DNA of 61,312 nucleotides, the filler included, from Rhizaria sp. SCN 62-66 (Eukaryota): assembly GCA_001724265.1 (NCBI GenBank). It is 3 parts of 3 records of this genome, joined end to end, with 100 filler letters (N's around TTAATTAATTAA, not from the genome) between each part and the next. Parts side by side here need not be neighbours in the genome. Positions count along the whole stretch, not along the records: positions 45,773 to 61,312 come from MEDY01000494.1; 2 more parts are not named here. The stretch is one strand, 5' to 3'. How positions within the stretch are numbered: position 1 is the stretch's first letter; every line of letters begins with the position of its first letter. A program made the position numbers and the translations under genes. This document shows, in pieces, positions 59,201 through 61,312 of the stretch. The notes under the pieces are model-generated. The model was not told the origin of the DNA, did no database searches, and saw only the letters and a list, made by a program, of their open reading frames with translations.

Positions 59201-61312
59201 GTGCCCGCGCCCGACGACGCCGCGGCCGCGCACGAGATCGTCGCGATCGAGCCGGAGTCCGAGGCCGAGACCGACGGGACTGACGGGGCCGGCGGCAAGG
59301 AGGCTGAGGGTTTCTCTCCGTCACCCGAGAAGGCGCGGCGCGACTCTGTCGGCACGGCGCGCGAGCGCGTGCGTGCGGCGAGAGCGGAGAAGCGCGGCCA
59401 CCACGCCCTGCACTACGGCGCTGCGGCGGCGGCGCAGCAGCAGCACGGCAAGGCCAACGCCGCGCCCGCCGGCGGCGCGCGCAAGGCCAAGATCGGGGAG
59501 GAAAAGGTGATGCAGGGCGACGTAGGTCTTAACGCTTACTTAACCTACTTCCACGGCGGCGCGACATTCCAGGGTATGGTCCTGAAGCTGAGCGTGATGA
59601 CGGTGCTGGCGCTGCTGGCGCAGGTCACGCGCATGCTCGTCGACTACTGGGTCATCGAGTGGGCCAACGACTCCCCCGAGGGTCCGCTGAGCGCGCACAC
59701 GCTGTCGTGGTGGGAAGGCACCAGCGGCATCATCATCACGTCGTGCTTTGCGGCGCTGTTTATGCGCACGTTCTCGTTCGTGTACACCAACATTTCGGCC
59801 TCGCGCAGTCTGCACGACAGCAACTTCGACCGCGTCCTGCACGCGCCCATGGGTTGGTTCGACGTCACGCCGCTGGGACAGATCGTGAACCGCTTCTCCA
59901 AGGACATGGACGACGTCGACATCCTCGTGCCGGACAACCTCGTGACCGTCGCGCAGCAGTCGCTCATGCTCGTCGGCATCGTCGTGCTCGCCTGCATCTC
60001 CACCCCCGTGTTCCTGGTGCCCTTCACCGGCATCGCCGTGCTTATGGCCTACGCCGTCGTCGTCTTCCGCCGCTCGCTCACGCAGCTCAAACGCTGCGAG
60101 TCTAAGTCCTTTTCGCCCGTGTACGCGTCGTTCTCGTCCGCAACCAAGGGCGCGATGACGATCCGCGCCATGGCGCTGGTGCAGCAGTTTACGGCGACGC
60201 ACGAGGCGCTGCTGGACGTCAACACCAAGGTGTGCTACATCTTCAACCTCATCCAGCGCTGGCTCTCGTTTCGCCTCGACTCGCTATCGTGCGTCTACAT
60301 CTTCGTCGTCGGCGCGCTCTGCGTGCTGCTGCGCGGCAGCATTAACCCTCGCGTCGCCGGCCTCGCCATCGTGTACGCGTACCAGCTCACCGGGCTGCTA
60401 CAGTGGACCGTGCGCTCCGCGCTCACGCTGCAGGCCGCCTTCACCTCGGTCGAGCGCATCGAGCAATACGCACACATTCCACAAGAGCCCGAGTACCGCA
60501 CCACGCCCGACGCGCGCATTGCCGTGCGCCGCGCCGCCGCCGCCGCCGGTGTCGACCTCTCCTCGTTCCCCATCGAAGTCTCCAACGGCACAGCGCGCGT
60601 CGCCGCGCACTCCGTCACGGTTGCAGCGCACTCCGCGCCGTCCTCGCCCTCCCGCGCCTACGCGCGCTTCGACGGCGATGACGGCGGCGCAGCGTCCGGG
60701 GTCGCGCTGACCGCCGCGACGATCGAAGACGCGCCGACGCCGATGTACGGCTGGCCGTGGCGTGGCGCGATGCGCTTCACGCGCGTGACGATGCGGTACC
60801 GCCCCGATCTGCCGATTGTTATCCATGACCTCTCGTTTGCGCTGCCGCCCGGCAAGAAGGTTGGCATCATTGGCCGCACCGGCGCGGGCAAGTCCTCACT
60901 GCTACTCATCCTGTTCCGCATGGTGGAGCTCTCCGCGGGCCGCGTTGAGATCGACGGCGTCGACATCTCCACTCTCGGTCTCGGCGACCTCCGCGCGCGC
61001 ATGTCGATCATCCCCCAGCAGCCGACGCTCTTCTCGGGCACTGTGCGCTACAACCTCGACCCCTTCGGCCACCACAGCGACACCGAGCTGCTGACGGCGC
61101 TGCGCCGCGTGCAGATGCTCGAAGTCGTCGAGGCCATGCCCGGCGTACTGCAAGCGCCCGTCAGCGAGTTCGGCGGCAACTTCTCGCAGGGCCAGCGCCA
61201 GCTGCTGTGCATTGCGCGCGCGCTGCTGCGTAACAACAAGATCATCGTGCTTGACGAAGCCACGGCCGCCGTCGACCCGGCGACTGACGCGGCGATCCAG
61301 AGCACAATCCGC
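56201..61312 (+). CDS. ABCC/MRP-family ABC transporter (short form, no TMD0), 3'-truncated; in-frame TAG at 56387-56389
   Basis: Absent from the ORF track because the frame runs off the window; translated by hand. ATG in GCCGCCGCC-ATG context, lasso-like motif WLTPVIMLAY..VTEHDIPALP, TMD1 (GEVMNLMAND, VIKLYAWE), NBD1 (GPVGAGKSS, LSGGQ, VLLDDPFSAVD), TMD2 (FDVTPLGQIVNRFSKD), NBD2 (GRTGAGKSS, FSQGQRQL, IVLDEATAAVD). Confidence 0.93.

Noticed and set aside
1-61312. CRISPR arrays, transposases/reverse transcriptases, rRNA genes, telomeric repeats
   Set aside because: No repeat-spacer periodicity, mobile-element motifs or rRNA signatures seen; the repeats present are coding microsatellites.

Overview
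Eukaryotic (protist-like) genomic DNA with GC-rich, Ala-rich coding sequence, AT-richer intergenic spacers and short spliceosomal introns (donors mostly GTNCGT). Two artificial 100-nt linkers (N44-TTAATTAATTAA-N44 at 29657-29756 and 45673-45772) show the window is three concatenated contigs. About 18 protein-coding genes can be modelled: an actobindin/WH2-repeat protein, mitoribosomal mS35, an LRR protein, a PH-like protein, a mitochondrial SAM carrier, a ~4,660-aa SANT (N-CoR/Snt1-like) protein, an Apd1/Aim32-type ferredoxin, a disrupted papain-family protease, transportin-1, a Loc1-like protein, a TM/coiled-coil/EF-hand protein, WDR18/Ipi3, an ethanolamine kinase fused to a Gfo/Idh/MocA oxidoreductase, an ABCC transporter and several hypothetical proteins. 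The main signal is three in-frame TAG codons inside two otherwise intact genes on different contigs, while all 17 observable gene ends use TAA (9) or TGA (8) and none uses TAG. This suggests a nuclear genetic code in which UAG alone is a sense codon, most likely Gln. The kinase-oxidoreductase fusion is the second most unusual feature. All product calls rest on motif recognition by eye; no database searches were run.
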